From: Octopus sinensis
Taxonomy: Eukaryota
DNA length: 64,000 bases
Assembly: GCF_006345805.1 (NCBI RefSeq)
Contig: NC_043002.1
Span: 29,140,001-29,204,000, forward strand
Direction: 5' to 3'
Part shown: positions 27,243-39,741 of the stretch, piece after piece
Layout of the letters: the number at the start of each line of letters is the position of its first letter
How positions within the stretch are numbered: position 1 is the stretch's first letter
The notes under the pieces: generated by a model
What the model saw: the letters and a program-made list of their open reading frames with translations, nothing else
What the model was told of the DNA's origin: nothing
The model's database searches: none
Program-made: the position numbers and the translations under genes

Positions 27243-28519
27243 TTAGGTTGGTCCGAAAATAATGGCCGATTTCAGAAACAATTTTATTCTGGAAAAATTA
27301 ACAATAGAAATGTTTTGATTTGTCAAAGTATGAGCCGTGAACATCTATTTATCTCTGCCATCGATCAACGAGATTATTTATACCGTGTTGATAAAAAAAT
27401 TATTGACTTTGATGCTAAAAAATCTTTGAAAGTTGATTCTACCTCTGGTTTGGGTCTGAAAATTTTATTACTTAATAACGTGTTTAAATACTTTAAAAAA
27501 TCGTAGTCATTGAGTGAAAGATCAGGAAAATATGGAGGATGTGGTAAAGTCTCGTATCCTAAGTCTGAGTTTCTGCAGAGTCATTCCTGCAACATGTGTC
27601 TTTGCATTAATCTGGAGAAGATTTGGGCTACGCCTATTCACCAATGCAGGTCACATTTTTTGCAAGAAAGCATGGATTTCAGCGAATTGATTGCAGTAAA
27701 CCTCTGCTGGAATGTTGTGATTGGCTTCCAGAAGCTGTAATGGACATCACCAATTGCAGACCACCAGGCAGTCACCATATTTGTTGATGAAATTTTGGCT
27801 TTGAGAAATGTTTGGGGGACTCATCACAATCAAGCCATTGATCATTTACGGTAATCATAAAGGATCCCCCCCTTTTCCTCACAAGTGGCTATTCAGTCAA
27901 GAAAAGGATCATTGGCGTTTCGCAGAAAGCGCATTGAGCACATTTCAAAACGCCGAACCTTTTGATTTTTATTGAGCACAAGCGGTACCCATTTATCGAG
28001 CTTTGTCACCTTACCAATCTTCTGCAGATTGCGTGAGACCGTTCCAGTACCAACACCAAGTGCCTGAGACATTTCTCTGACACTTTGATGGAGGGTTTGC
28101 TCAACAATTGCTTTCAATTGTTCATTGTCAAGACTGCTTGTCCGTCCTCCATCTTTTTCATCTTTAAGGCTTTCATCACCACTACGGAATTTCTGAAACC
28201 ACATTTTTTATACTGTGCGATCACTTGTGGACTCCTCTCTCCAAGCTCTGTTAATATTGGCAGCACTTTGGGAGACATTGTGCCGAAGTTTGAACTCATG
28301 CAAGAAAAGTAAGCGAAGGTCCATTTTTGTCATGTTCATAATTGAAGGCGCCTATACTTCAAGAATGTTTTCTATCCGAAAAAAGTAAAAACTTATTAAA
28401 GAGCACACATCAATTATTAATCATGTCGAAATTCATCTAAAATAGAATTAAAATACTATGATAAAATTGCGTTTCAAAACACAGCACTTAGAGCTGCCAT
28501 TATTTTCGGAACAACCTAA
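27243..28519 (-). mobile_element. Full-length decayed mariner (Hsmar1/cecropia-like)
   Basis: TIRs ttaggttg(g/t)tccgaaaataatggc at both ends; minus-strand transposase from ATG 28333 with WFQKFRSGDESL, KWVPLVL and HPPYFPDLS..DYDFF motifs; many stops and frameshifts. Confidence 0.92.
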
Positions 28520-29523
28520 TGTGATGTAATGATGTTCTCTCTGATCACCTCTTACAACATTAAGGTTTTTTTCGAAAGAAATCTTGCTATAGGATATGTA
28601 ATTTTTTTGTGTAGGATATGTACTTTTAGCTACATCCAACTGCCCATATATCTACATCCAACGGCCCATATATCTACTGGGTCCCTATTTCTACATTTAT
28701 ATGCACGAAATTTATTCATGATTTGCAACTCCGCATTTCCCATCCTTTCACTTTGCTCTGCTCATATTTGCTAACTTTTTAAAAACGCTGAAATCTTCAT
28801 GGATTGATTTCACAAAATATCATAGAATCAAGCTTAAAATTGAGATGTGATAAAAATATTTTCTTGCGATGGATTCGACATTGCTCATTACAAGGAGAGA
28901 TGTTGACATTAACGGGCAATTTCTAATGCCTGCATTAATACAGATTAATATAGTAATCCATGAAAACCCAACTGTCTCACAAACATAAGAAACAACAATA
29001 TTTTGTAAATGATGCTTAATTGTATGCCAATAACTTTAAGAGCTCCAAAAATATATTTAATGAACACACTGTTGATAACATCCAACGTTCACGTTATCAT
29101 ACATCTCGATTATTCAGATTTTGAATTGAAATCAGAAATATTCATTTGATTAAGTTAATTATAATTAATTTCAATCTTATTAGGTGCAATAAGATGCATG
29201 ATTCTATATTCTTTATATAGTAAAAGTACAAATTAGCTCTTTTGGTGATAAATGAATGAAAACACATCAGTCTGGTGAATCTGTATGAATCCGAATGGAA
29301 TTTATTAAGGGTCCGTCGATATCATTAATGTAGTCCTTCTATGGTAAAGTATAGTCCAACATTAAAATTTTGCATTTTACAGCGACTTAACCAGCATATT
29401 TTCATCAAACAAATCTTCTCTTTAGTCTTCAACCTTCAGGAATAGGATCTACTTCTCTTTAGCTAACGATAGATAGTTGATAAAATCAGTCACACTTATT
29501 TTTTACATATAAATTTATTTCAG

Positions 29524-29628
29524 GTACTCATTTATGAATTTGAAGAAGTTCCTGAACCTCCACCGACTACATTGCATGTAGAAACTGGTCCATCATTTGC
29601 GGGAAAGGGAATGAGAATATTCATATAA
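29524..29628 (+). CDS. Candidate coding exon, VLIYEFEEVPEPPPTTLHVETGPSFAGKGMRIFI*
   Basis: aatttatttcag| acceptor and protein-like codon use; no convincing GT donor, so it is terminal, mis-sequenced or spurious. Confidence 0.35.
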   Translation, partial: VLIYEFEEVPEPPPTTLHVETGPSFAGKGMRIFI

Positions 29629-30109
29629 AACTGATCTTTATAGTGAAAAAAAAAAAAGGATTGGGGTAATCTGTATTTGATCTTTACGCAAAAGACAATT
29701 CCATTTTAACATTCCCCAAATAGCAGTCATTAAGATGCTCTCGCTGTTTTGTCTTTAGCGTTTGATATCCTTCTTTTGTTACACGTATCATGTAGTCCAC
29801 TTAAACAGAACTGATAGAATATAATGCTCACTACAAGTCTTAGTCACCTATACGTCAACCAATGGTATTGTTAGATATACGGTGTGATATTTTCTTGTGT
29901 CACCGTGAAAGTACCACATGTGTATTTGTGCACGAATGCGCATGTTCATATTTATTTGTGCGCAAATGCGTTTGTGAGTGCATGTGTACATGCGTGTATT
30001 TAATGATAGTTTATGCATTTAGTCTTTGCTCTCTACCTTTCTTTCTTTCTCACTTTTAACGCATACCCCATTTATCTCTCTAATTATATATATATATATA
30101 TATATTTCT

Positions 30110-30250
30110 CCTCTTCTTCCTTCCCCTCCTCCTCCTCTTCTCCTTCCCCTCCTCTCCTCCCCCATCCGTATTCCCCTCCTTCACCTCCCCCTACGCATTC
30201 CCCTCCTTCACCTCCACCTCCGCATTCCCCTCCTTCACCTCCCCCATCCT
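30110..30250. repeat. C-rich polypyrimidine tract with three copies of a 27-bp unit (cgcattcccctccttcacctccacctc)
   Basis: Direct reading. Confidence 0.9.
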
Positions 30251-30567
30251 CCTAATGCAGTGGAACTGTATGTAAAGTAAGGTATATTGAAATTGAAATC
30301 AACACGCATAACGAGAGAATGTGATATATTACAAAACAAAATAAAGAGGCCAATATTGAGAGAGTGAGAGGGAGAGAGAAAGAGGGAAAGAGAGGAAAAG
30401 AAAGCGAAATAGAATGAGAGACTGAGCTTGATAATGAGTGAAGCGTAGCTTGAGTGAGATACTTCATATTACAAACTAAGAACTGTTTAATCCTGGTTGC
30501 ACTAGGCTCTACTGCATCAAATTAACAATATTTCTTCTGTGAAAAATCTGCTAATGTTCTTCAGGAT

Positions 30568-30775
30568 AAAGGCGGCACGCTTGGAAGAATCGTTATCATG
30601 CAGAGCAAAATGATTACCGATATTTCGTCCGTCTACAGTTCTGAGTTCAAATGCTACCGAGGTCGACATTGCCTTTCAGTCTCGATAAATTAGGTACCAG
30701 TCCAACATTGGGGTCGATTTAATGACTTATTTTCTGCCCCGAAATTGCAGGCCTTTTTGCCACAATTTGAAACTA
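30568..30775 (+). mobile_element. Degenerate SINE (V/Meta-like domain family)
   Basis: aaggcggc…gagttcaaatgctaccgaggtcgacattgcctttc…gataaattaggtaccag. Confidence 0.7.
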
Positions 30776-30929
30776 GTTTTCAAGATACATTTGGACAGAT
30801 TGATATTGAGGGCTCGATATTATATAGTAACAGAAAAAAAAACGAGTAAAGTTCCTTCCTCACTGATATACACTCATAGGGTTTTCATGGCATATGTATT
30901 CCCCACCTGGACGGGACACGAAATTTTAT

Positions 30930-32690
30930 ATTTTTTTCAATAGAGTTCCGGATCCCAGTATTGAACTCATTTGCATACAGCCAATTGGAGCAGAGCCACC
31001 TTTATTCTTTCTTCATTTCTAGTCAGCACCATGTTTTCCTTACTCTTTCGCTTTCTACTGGCAGACAGCAACCTTTTTGTCACTATTAAAAAAAATTTCG
31101 CTGTCACTAGAAGTACTACTGTCTCTAATTACCTGTCGGACAGAAGAATAGATATATATAAATAATACTTCTTCCTTCTTGGTGTTGATCCTTCGATGTT
31201 CGCTGGTTACTCTGACGTTGGCGCAATAATGCACTTGCCGAAATATATTGCTGTAGTTATTTCGTTTTTCCAGAATAATGTTTTTGTGGCTGTGTGGTAA
31301 GTAGCTTGCTTACGAACCACATGTTTCCGGGTTCAGTCCCACTGCGTAACACCTTGGGCAAGTGTCTTTTACTATAGCCTCGGGCCGAGCAAACTGAAAA
31401 AAGCCCGTCGTATGTATGTATGTATGTATGTATGTATGTATGTATGTATGTGTGTGTATATGTTTGTGTGTCTGTGTTTGTCTCCCCAACATCGCTTGAC
31501 AGCCGATGCTGCTGTGTTTACGTCCCCGTAACTTAGCGGTTCGGCAAAAGAGACCGATAGAATAAGTACTAGGCTTACAAAGAATAAGTCCTGGGATCGA
31601 TTTGCTCGACTAAAGGCGGTGCTCCAGCATGGCCACAGTCAAATGACTGAAACAAGTAAAAGAGTAAGAAAGATTTAAAATTTGATCATTTTCACCCAGT
31701 CAGGAAACCGGATTTGAAAGCTGTCATTTTGTGCGTGACAAAACAGCACATGTTGTCAATATTTGTAAACAACACGTGTTTTCTTTCATGTAAATAAATC
31801 TTATTTAGCTGTTATTTTTAGCATGGAAGTACTCTGGTAATTTTATTTCATGTAAATAAATGTTTATGTTAATTTAAAAGAGAAAAACATGAATGTGTCT
31901 GAGGCTTACGGTTCACTAAAATTACCAACATTTTCAAACTTTAATTACTAATAACGCCTTATTAATTTATAGCGAAAATTATTTTCACTGCATTAATTAA
32001 CCTATAGAATGCATCATTACAATGAATATGATGAAATCACTTCGAACCGAAAGTTGACGCTGGCAACCAAAGAGAAAAGATCCGTAAAAAAAAAAAGGCA
32101 CGAAAATGCGTGAGTGCTAAAGAATTTCGCTGAGTACTATTATATTATTAGTAATAAATTATGGATTTATTTATTATAACTAGCTGGATCCGTGAAAAAT
32201 TCACGGAAAATATAAAAAATGTAAGCATTTCAGGATGTTGACAGCAAAATGTGCAGTCACGCTCAAAATGACAGCTCCCAAATCCTGTTTCCTGACTGGG
32301 TGAAAACGATCAAACATCTATAACTTTTTAAAATCATTTTTCTGGAAAAAAATATATAACTCCAGCAATATATTTCGGCAAGTGTATTACTGTGCCGACG
32401 TCGGAGTAACCAGCGAAAATCGAAGGATCAACACCAATTAGGAAGAAATATTATTTACATATATTAATTCGTTTGCCCGACAGGTAGTTAGAAACAGTAG
32501 TTCTTATAATGATAGCGAAATTTGTCTTGATAGTGACAAAAAGGTTGCTGTCTGTCAGTAGAGAGGAAAAGAGTAAAGAAAGCATGGTACTGACTAGAAA
32601 TGAAGAAAATATAAAGGTGGCCTGCTCTGATCGGCTGTATGCAAATGAGTTCATTACCGGTGTCGGGAACCCACGTGGGAAAAAAAAAAT
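30930..32690. mobile_element. Foldback/MITE-like element with about 450-bp diverged TIRs; left arm interrupted by a SINE
   Basis: 30960-31280 plus 31670-31760 is the reverse complement of 32220-32660; no coding capacity in the spacer. Confidence 0.8.
31286..31668 (+). mobile_element. Full-length OR2-like CORE SINE inserted into the foldback arm
   Basis: gtggctgtgtggtaagtagcttgc…caccttgggcaagtgtc…gctccagcatggccacagtcaaatgactgaaacaagtaaaagag. Confidence 0.92.
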
Positions 32691-32767
32691 TCGCGGACAG
32701 GACGCCGGTCTGCCGCAGGTTTGCTTATTTTTGGTAGCTGAGTGAATTGGAGCAATGTGAAATGAAG

Positions 32768-33888
32768 TGCTTTGCTCAAAAACACGTGTCACCCGGTCTA
32801 CGAATCAAAACCACAATCTTCCGATCATGAGTAACACCCTAACATTTAAGCCACGCGCCTCCAAAAATAGTTTGACACTCTTTAAGGACTTTCAATTGGC
32901 GTCTCCAGTACGTATATATATATAGTTATGTTATATCCCATTAGGAACGTGATAGAGTACATTGTAGAGCTCGTCCAGCATCAGAACAGCCCAGTAGTAT
33001 CAGCAATATTATTATATACTTCCGAGTTTGAATTTGGGCATTCGTCGCGTATGAATATAAAATTGAAGAAATTGGAGTCTAGAAGAAGGCGTACGATTGG
33101 ACATTTGTTTCTTATTCCCTACAATTGTTTCTACGCAACGTAGTTCGCCAAGAATGCAAGAATTTGATTATGCAACCGTTTGCTTGCTGTTGTAGCTACC
33201 GCGTGGTATTCATGTTGATAGAAACGCATAATTTTAATGGCGTCGCTGCTGTATCAGGGCCTGGTAGTACAATGGAGAAAACTAAAAGATTTTTTAATAG
33301 TATATCTCTTGCAAATCCTTATACATGCTTTTCGTTCAAAAAACAACGTTCACCCTCTCACGAATCAAAACCACAATCTTCCGATCATGAGTAACACCTA
33401 ACATTTAAGCCACGCGCCTCCAAAAATAGTTTGACACTCTTTAAGGAGTTTCAATTGGCGTCTCCAGTACGTATATATATATAGTTATGTTATATCCCAT
33501 TAGGAACGTGATAGAGTACATTGTAGAGCTCGTCCAGCATCAGAACAGCCCAGTAGTATCAGAATATTATTATATACTTCTTCCGAGTTTGAATTTGGGC
33601 ATTCGTCGCGTATGAATATAAAATGTAAGAAATTGGAGTCTAGAAGAAGGCGTACGATTGGACATTTGTTTCTTATTCCCTACAATTGTTTCTACGCAAC
33701 AGTTCGCCAAGAATGCAGAATTTGATTATGCAACCGTTTGCTTGCTGTTGTAGCTACCGCGTGGTATTCATGTTGATAGAAACGCATAATTTTAATGGCG
33801 TCGCTGCTGTATCAGGGCCTGGTAGTACAATGGAGAAAACTAAAAGATTTTTTAATAGTATATCTCTTGCTAATCCTTATACATGCTT
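32768..33888. repeat. Tandem duplication, about 560-bp unit (32768-33327 / 33328-33888)
   Basis: Copies are near-identical; differences are mostly short indels. Confidence 0.95.
33504..33609 (+). CDS. Candidate coding exon (phase 2-0), NVIEYIVELVQHQNSPVVSEYYYILLPSLNLGIRR; frameshifted twin at 32945-33048
   Basis: tatcccattag| acceptor, cgc|gtatga donor, fully open; phase matches 36727-36799. Confidence 0.55.
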
Positions 33889-34006
33889 ACAAACATACAC
33901 ACATACATTCATACAGACATACATACAGACACACACATACATAGATGCATACACACACATATAAAGACAGATGCAAATATAAGTATATATATTTAAACTT
34001 ATAAAT

Positions 34007-34038
<32 letters not shown>

Positions 34039-34199
34039 CACGGATACACCCACCGCATATACAGATGTATGTGTATGTGCATGTATGAGCGCGCATGTTT
34101 GTGTGTGTACATGCATGTAGTTAGCCTTTCAAAATTATCCTTTTACATACAAACTACGTATCCGCAACAAAATATCTGACTTTCTTTTTCTCACTCACC

Positions 34200-34240
<41 letters not shown>

Positions 34241-34444
34241 CCTATCTCGCTAATCTTTTCATTTTTTTTCGCCCTCCCACGCACCATTTATATTGCATAC
34301 AATCTTAGACCCCATTTCCGAACCCGAAGGTAAATGTTAGGTAAAGCATGACCGATGCTAATTAGGACTTCTTACAGGCAGACTACCTTTGATCTGTGAC
34401 GGAGAAAATTACACTTGACATCTGACATGACTTAACAATCGACA

Positions 34445-34458
34445 CCAACAGATGGCGC
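34445..34458 (+). promoter_or_regulatory. CTCF-like motif CCAACAGATGGCGC
   Basis: 13 of 14 positions fit CCASYAGRKGGCRS; lies in non-repetitive sequence. Motif match only. Confidence 0.35.
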
Positions 34459-34662
34459 TGTCTGTTTCAGAAATATTTCTTACGTAGAACGAAAATATAT
34501 TCATTCTCTTGTCTCTGAAGATATTTTTCTCCCCTCATACATTCACCCTGTTCACTATTCCTGTCTTGTCTATATTCTATTGCAATTTTACAGTAGTGTT
34601 CAATTTCTTCTATTTGCTTTTACATATACATTTATGTATGTATGTGTATTTCCTTCTTCTAT

Positions 34663-34697
34663 GTTTCCGACGAAGAGCTCCGCTCGAAACGTTAGAC
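34663..34697 (+). ncRNA. Hammerhead-like motif with core substitution (CCGACGA instead of CUGANGA), in a PLE-like terminal fragment
   Basis: GUUU-CCGACGA-A-GAGC(ucc)GCUC-GAAA-CG-UU^-AGAC. Confidence 0.55.
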
Positions 34698-34819
34698 CTT
34701 CCTTCTTTCCTTCTTTCCTGAGCGTCCAATAATACTATATTTGTTCCACGTCCTCGCGTTGTTGTGTTTTTGTTTGTGCTTTCTTCTTGGATTAACTATA
34801 TATTATATATATGTATATA

Positions 34820-34861
<42 letters not shown>

Positions 34862-34865
34862 ATAT

Positions 34866-34920
<55 letters not shown>

Positions 34921-35149
34921 ATGAAATATGTGGTCTTTAGCATGGCATACAACATGTAGTATATATACATACATACATACATATATACACACACATATAC
35001 ATAAAATATAATATATATTTTATTTTATGTGTGTGTGTGTATATATATTTCAGCATGCAAGACAGAGGAAATGTACTCAATACAGAACTGGAATCTAGTT
35101 ATTCTTTTGCTATTCAGAGTTTCACGTATGCCATAGATCACCATTATAC

Positions 35150-35251
<102 letters not shown>

Positions 35252-35403
35252 ACTCATATCCATGCGCTATAGACCGTTGTAACAGTAGCGCACCTAATTA
35301 ATAAATTTAAGCTACGTTAGTAATTTTGTGCAACAACCAACGACTCTAGATGGGTGGTCTTTCTAGAACATTTTATATTGCCTGATGTGTATGTGTATAT
35401 CTC

Positions 35404-35459
<56 letters not shown>

Positions 35460-35504
35460 GTGTGTGTGTGTGTATATATACATATAATATATATATATAT
35501 ATAT

Positions 35505-35770
35505 ATCACGTGATCACATGACCGACCAGACCATCAGATGTTGTTACACATCGCTGGTCACAATGCGTTCGCATTGCTTTAGCCTTCGAATGACGCCACC
35601 CCGCTGGCTAAGCGAGCAGGCCGACAGAAGAAAGAGTGGGAGAAAGAGTGGTGAAAGAGTACAGCAGGGATCACCACCCCCTGCCGGAGCGTCGTGAAGC
35701 TTTTAGGTGTTTTCGCTCAATAAACACTCACAGCGCCCGGTCTGAGAATCGAAGCCGCGATCCTGTGCCT
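35505..35770 (-). mobile_element. tRNA-derived SINE, fourth family (duplicated at about 37178-37443; tail fragment on + at 45236-45355)
   Basis: Minus head …gatcgcggcttcgattctcagaccgggcg; tail gaaggctaaagcaatgcgaacgcattgtgaccagcgatgtgtaacaacatctgatggtctggtcggtc…cacgtga. Confidence 0.75.
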
Positions 35771-35782
35771 CCACACACACAA

Positions 35783-35816
<34 letters not shown>

Positions 35817-35876
35817 GTTACGTATATATGTATGTATGTATGTATACACACACACAAACATTATATATATATTATA

Positions 35877-35923
<47 letters not shown>

Positions 35924-36148
35924 TCTTTTACTTGTTCAGTATTTTGACTGCAGCCACGCTGGAGCATCGCCTTCAGTCAGACAAATCGACCCCAAGACTT
36001 ATTCTTTTAAGCCTAATACATATTCTATCGTTCTCTTTTGCGGAATCGCTAGATAGCACACCAACATCGGTTGTCAAGCGATGGTGGAGGGGAACAAACA
36101 CCGACACACAAACATATACGCACACACACCCCAAAACCACACACACAA

Positions 36149-36191
<43 letters not shown>

Positions 36192-36295
36192 ACACACATA
36201 TATATATATATATATATACTACACAACAGATCCGTGCCGATCAAAGTCTTGCGTGTGGATTTGGTCGACGGAAATTAAGAGAAGCCCGTTTTATT

Positions 36296-36332
<37 letters not shown>

Positions 36333-36539
36333 TGTGTTTGTGTGGTTGTGTGCGTATATGTTTGTCCGCCCCACCATCACTTGACAACCGATATTGGTGT
36401 GTAGCTAGCGGTTCGGCAAAAGAGAACGATAGAATATTTACTAGGCTTAAAAGAATAAGTCCTGGGCCGATTTGTCTGACTAAAGGCGGTGCTCCAGCAT
36501 GGTTGCAGTCAAAATACTGAAACAAGTAAAAGAATAAAA

Positions 36540-36578
<39 letters not shown>

Positions 36579-36726
36579 TATATATATATATATATGAAAT
36601 GTAGTGGTCTTTAGCATGGCATACAACATGTAGTATATATACATACAAATACATATATACACACATATACATAACATAAAATATATATATATTTTATTTA
36701 TTGTGTGTGTGTGTATATTATTTCAG

Positions 36727-36799
36727 CATGCATACACAGAGGAAATGTACTCAATACAGAACTGGAATCTAGTTATTCTTTTGCTATTCAGAGTTTCAC
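36727..36799 (+). CDS. Candidate coding exon (phase 0-1), HAYTEEMYSIQNWNLVILLLFRVS; 1-nt-shorter twin at 35054-35125
   Basis: tattatttcag| acceptor, tcac|gtatgc donor; open in phase 0 only in this copy. Confidence 0.55.
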
Positions 36800-36823
36800 G
36801 TATGCCATGAATCACCATTATAC

Positions 36824-36915
<92 letters not shown>

Positions 36916-37107
36916 TATCTATACTCATATCCATGCGCTATAGACCGTTGTAACAGTAGCGCACCTAATTAATAATATTTAAGCTACGTTAGTAATTTTG
37001 TGCAACAACCAACGACTCTAGATGGGTGGTCTTTCTAGAACATTTTATAGTTGCCTGAGTGTGTATGTGTATATCTCTGCATATATATATATATTATATA
37101 TATATAG

Positions 37108-37179
<72 letters not shown>

Positions 37180-37528
37180 CACGTGATCACATGACCGACC
37201 AGACCATCAGATGTTGTTACACATCGCTGGTCACAATGCGTTCGCATTGCTTTAGCCTTCGAATGACGCCACCCCGCTGGCTAAGCGAGCAGGCCGACAG
37301 AAGAAAGAGTGGGAGAAAGAGTGGTGAAAGAGTACAGCAGGGATCACCACCCCCTGCCGGAGCGTCGTGAAGCTTTTAGGTGTTTTCGCTCAATAAACAC
37401 TCACAGCGCCCGGTCTGAGAATCGAAGCCGCGATCCTGTGCCTCCCCACACACACAAACACACACACACTATATATATATATATGTACGTATATAGTATG
37501 TATGTATGTAGTATACACACACCACAAC

Positions 37529-37592
<64 letters not shown>

Positions 37593-37824
37593 TCTTTTAC
37601 TTGTTTCAGTATTTGACTGCAGCCACGCTGGAGCATCGCCTTCAGTCAGACAAATCGACCCCAAGACTTATTCTTTTAAGCCTAATAATATTCTGTCGTT
37701 CTCTTTTGCGGAACCGCTAGATAGCACACCAACATCGGTTGTCAAGCGATGGTGGAGGGGAACAAACACCGACACACAAACATATACGCACACACACCAC
37801 ACAAACACACACACACACACCACA

Positions 37825-37868
<44 letters not shown>

Positions 37869-37870
37869 AC

Positions 37871-37901
<31 letters not shown>

Positions 37902-38231
37902 GATACCGTGCCGATCAAAGTCTTGCGTGTGGATTTGGTCGACGGAAATTAAGAGAAGCCCGTTTTATATTTATATATATATATATTGTGTGTGTGTGTG
38001 TGTGTGTGTGTGTTTGTGTGGTGTGTGTGCGTATATGTTTGTCCGCCCCACCATCACTTGACAACCGATATTGGTGTGTTAGCTAGCGGTTCGGCAAAAG
38101 AGAACGATAGAATATTTACTAGGCTTAAAAGAATAAGTCCTGGGGCCGATTTGTCTGACTAAAGGCGGTGCTCCAGCATGGTTGCAGTCAAAATACTGAA
38201 ACAAGTAAAAGAATAAAAGAATATATTATAT

Positions 38232-38935
38232 ATTAATAAATATAAGGGTATCAAAAAATTCTAGAAAAATTTCTCCGCTGCCAGCGGTCCAGCGAGAAAG
38301 GAAAGATAGTCAAAGACTATGTAATATACATTCAAAAATATAAGGAATGGCCATAATAGGACATTCGACTCTCTAGAAAGAGCAGCCAAACTCAATCCGC
38401 TGATAGTTGTAATTCTGAAATTGAAAGGAAATGGTAAGGAAGTCTATATGCTCTAAATTTTCAAAATCTACAGCAATCACGCAGTCTTCTCAGCAGCAAA
38501 TATAAACTGCTGATTTAATTTCAAAATTAGCCAAAAAACCATTAATTAATAAATATAAGGGTAGCAAAAAATTCTAGAAAAAATTGTCCGCTACCAGCGG
38601 TCCAGCGAGAAAGAAAGGATAGTCAAAGACTATATAATATACATTCAAAAATATAAGGAATGGCCATAATAGGACATTCGACTCACTAGAAAGAGCAGCC
38701 AAACTCAAACCACTAATAGTTGTAATTCTGAAATTGAAAGAGAAATAAAAACGTTTACCCATTTCATCTCTGGACTATGCATAGTTTCGGCAAACTTTAG
38801 TAAACAAATTAATTAAATTAAATTAAATTTATTTAATTAATGATTTTTTGGCTAATTAAATCAGCAGTTTATATTTGCTGCTGAGAAGATCGCGCGATTG
38901 CGGTAGATTTTGAAAATTTACAGTTATATATTTTA
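38232..38935. mobile_element. Penelope-like pseudo-LTR arrangement: about 295-bp partial tandem repeat plus an inverted segment
   Basis: 38232-38440 repeats at 38527-38740; 38455-38530 is the reverse complement of about 38835-38930. Confidence 0.65.
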
Positions 38936-39042
38936 AAAATTTAATTTTAAAGTTTAAGAAAATTATAAGACTATATATTTATGCTTACAACATACTAAAA
39001 TGACTGTAATTTTATTTAATAGTATGTTTTCCACACACACAC

Positions 39043-39161
<119 letters not shown>

Positions 39162-39239
39162 TGTACACACACACACAAAGATACATTGATAGATACAACT
39201 GAGTGGGCAAACAAAAATATGAGACACTGCATAGTGCTT

Positions 39240-39560
39240 TTTTATATTTTGATAAGCCTGGTATTTATTCTATCAGTTTCTTCTTGTGAAACCAATAAGT
39301 TATGGGGATGTAAATAAACGAACACCAGTTGTGAAGCAGTGATGAGGGAGAAACACGAAGATACACACATAGACTTACATATATTCATACATATACATAC
39401 AATTGATTTCTTTCAGTTTCTGTTTACAAAATCCACTGACAAGCCTTTGGTTGGTCTCAGGCTATAGCAGAAGACACATGCCAAGTTACCACTCAGTGGG
39501 ACTGAACTCAGGACCATGTGTTTTGGAACCAATTTTGTTACCACAGCCACACCTGCACCT
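39240..39560 (-). mobile_element. Degenerate OR2-like SINE
   Basis: aagcctggtatttattctatc…aaatccactgacaagcctttgg…ggctatagcagaagacac…gtgggactgaactc…accacagccacacctg. Confidence 0.75.
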
Positions 39561-39741
39561 ATGTATGTGTGTATGTGTATGTGTGTATGGATGTATATAT
39601 GTATGCATATATATGTGTATATATTTTCGAAATGGGACGCTTGTCATCCGTATCGTTTTACTATATACTGTATTTAATATCACAATGACTGTCGGACTTC
39701 TTTTTTGTTGATATTATCTGGGGTCAAAAACAAGATATTTC

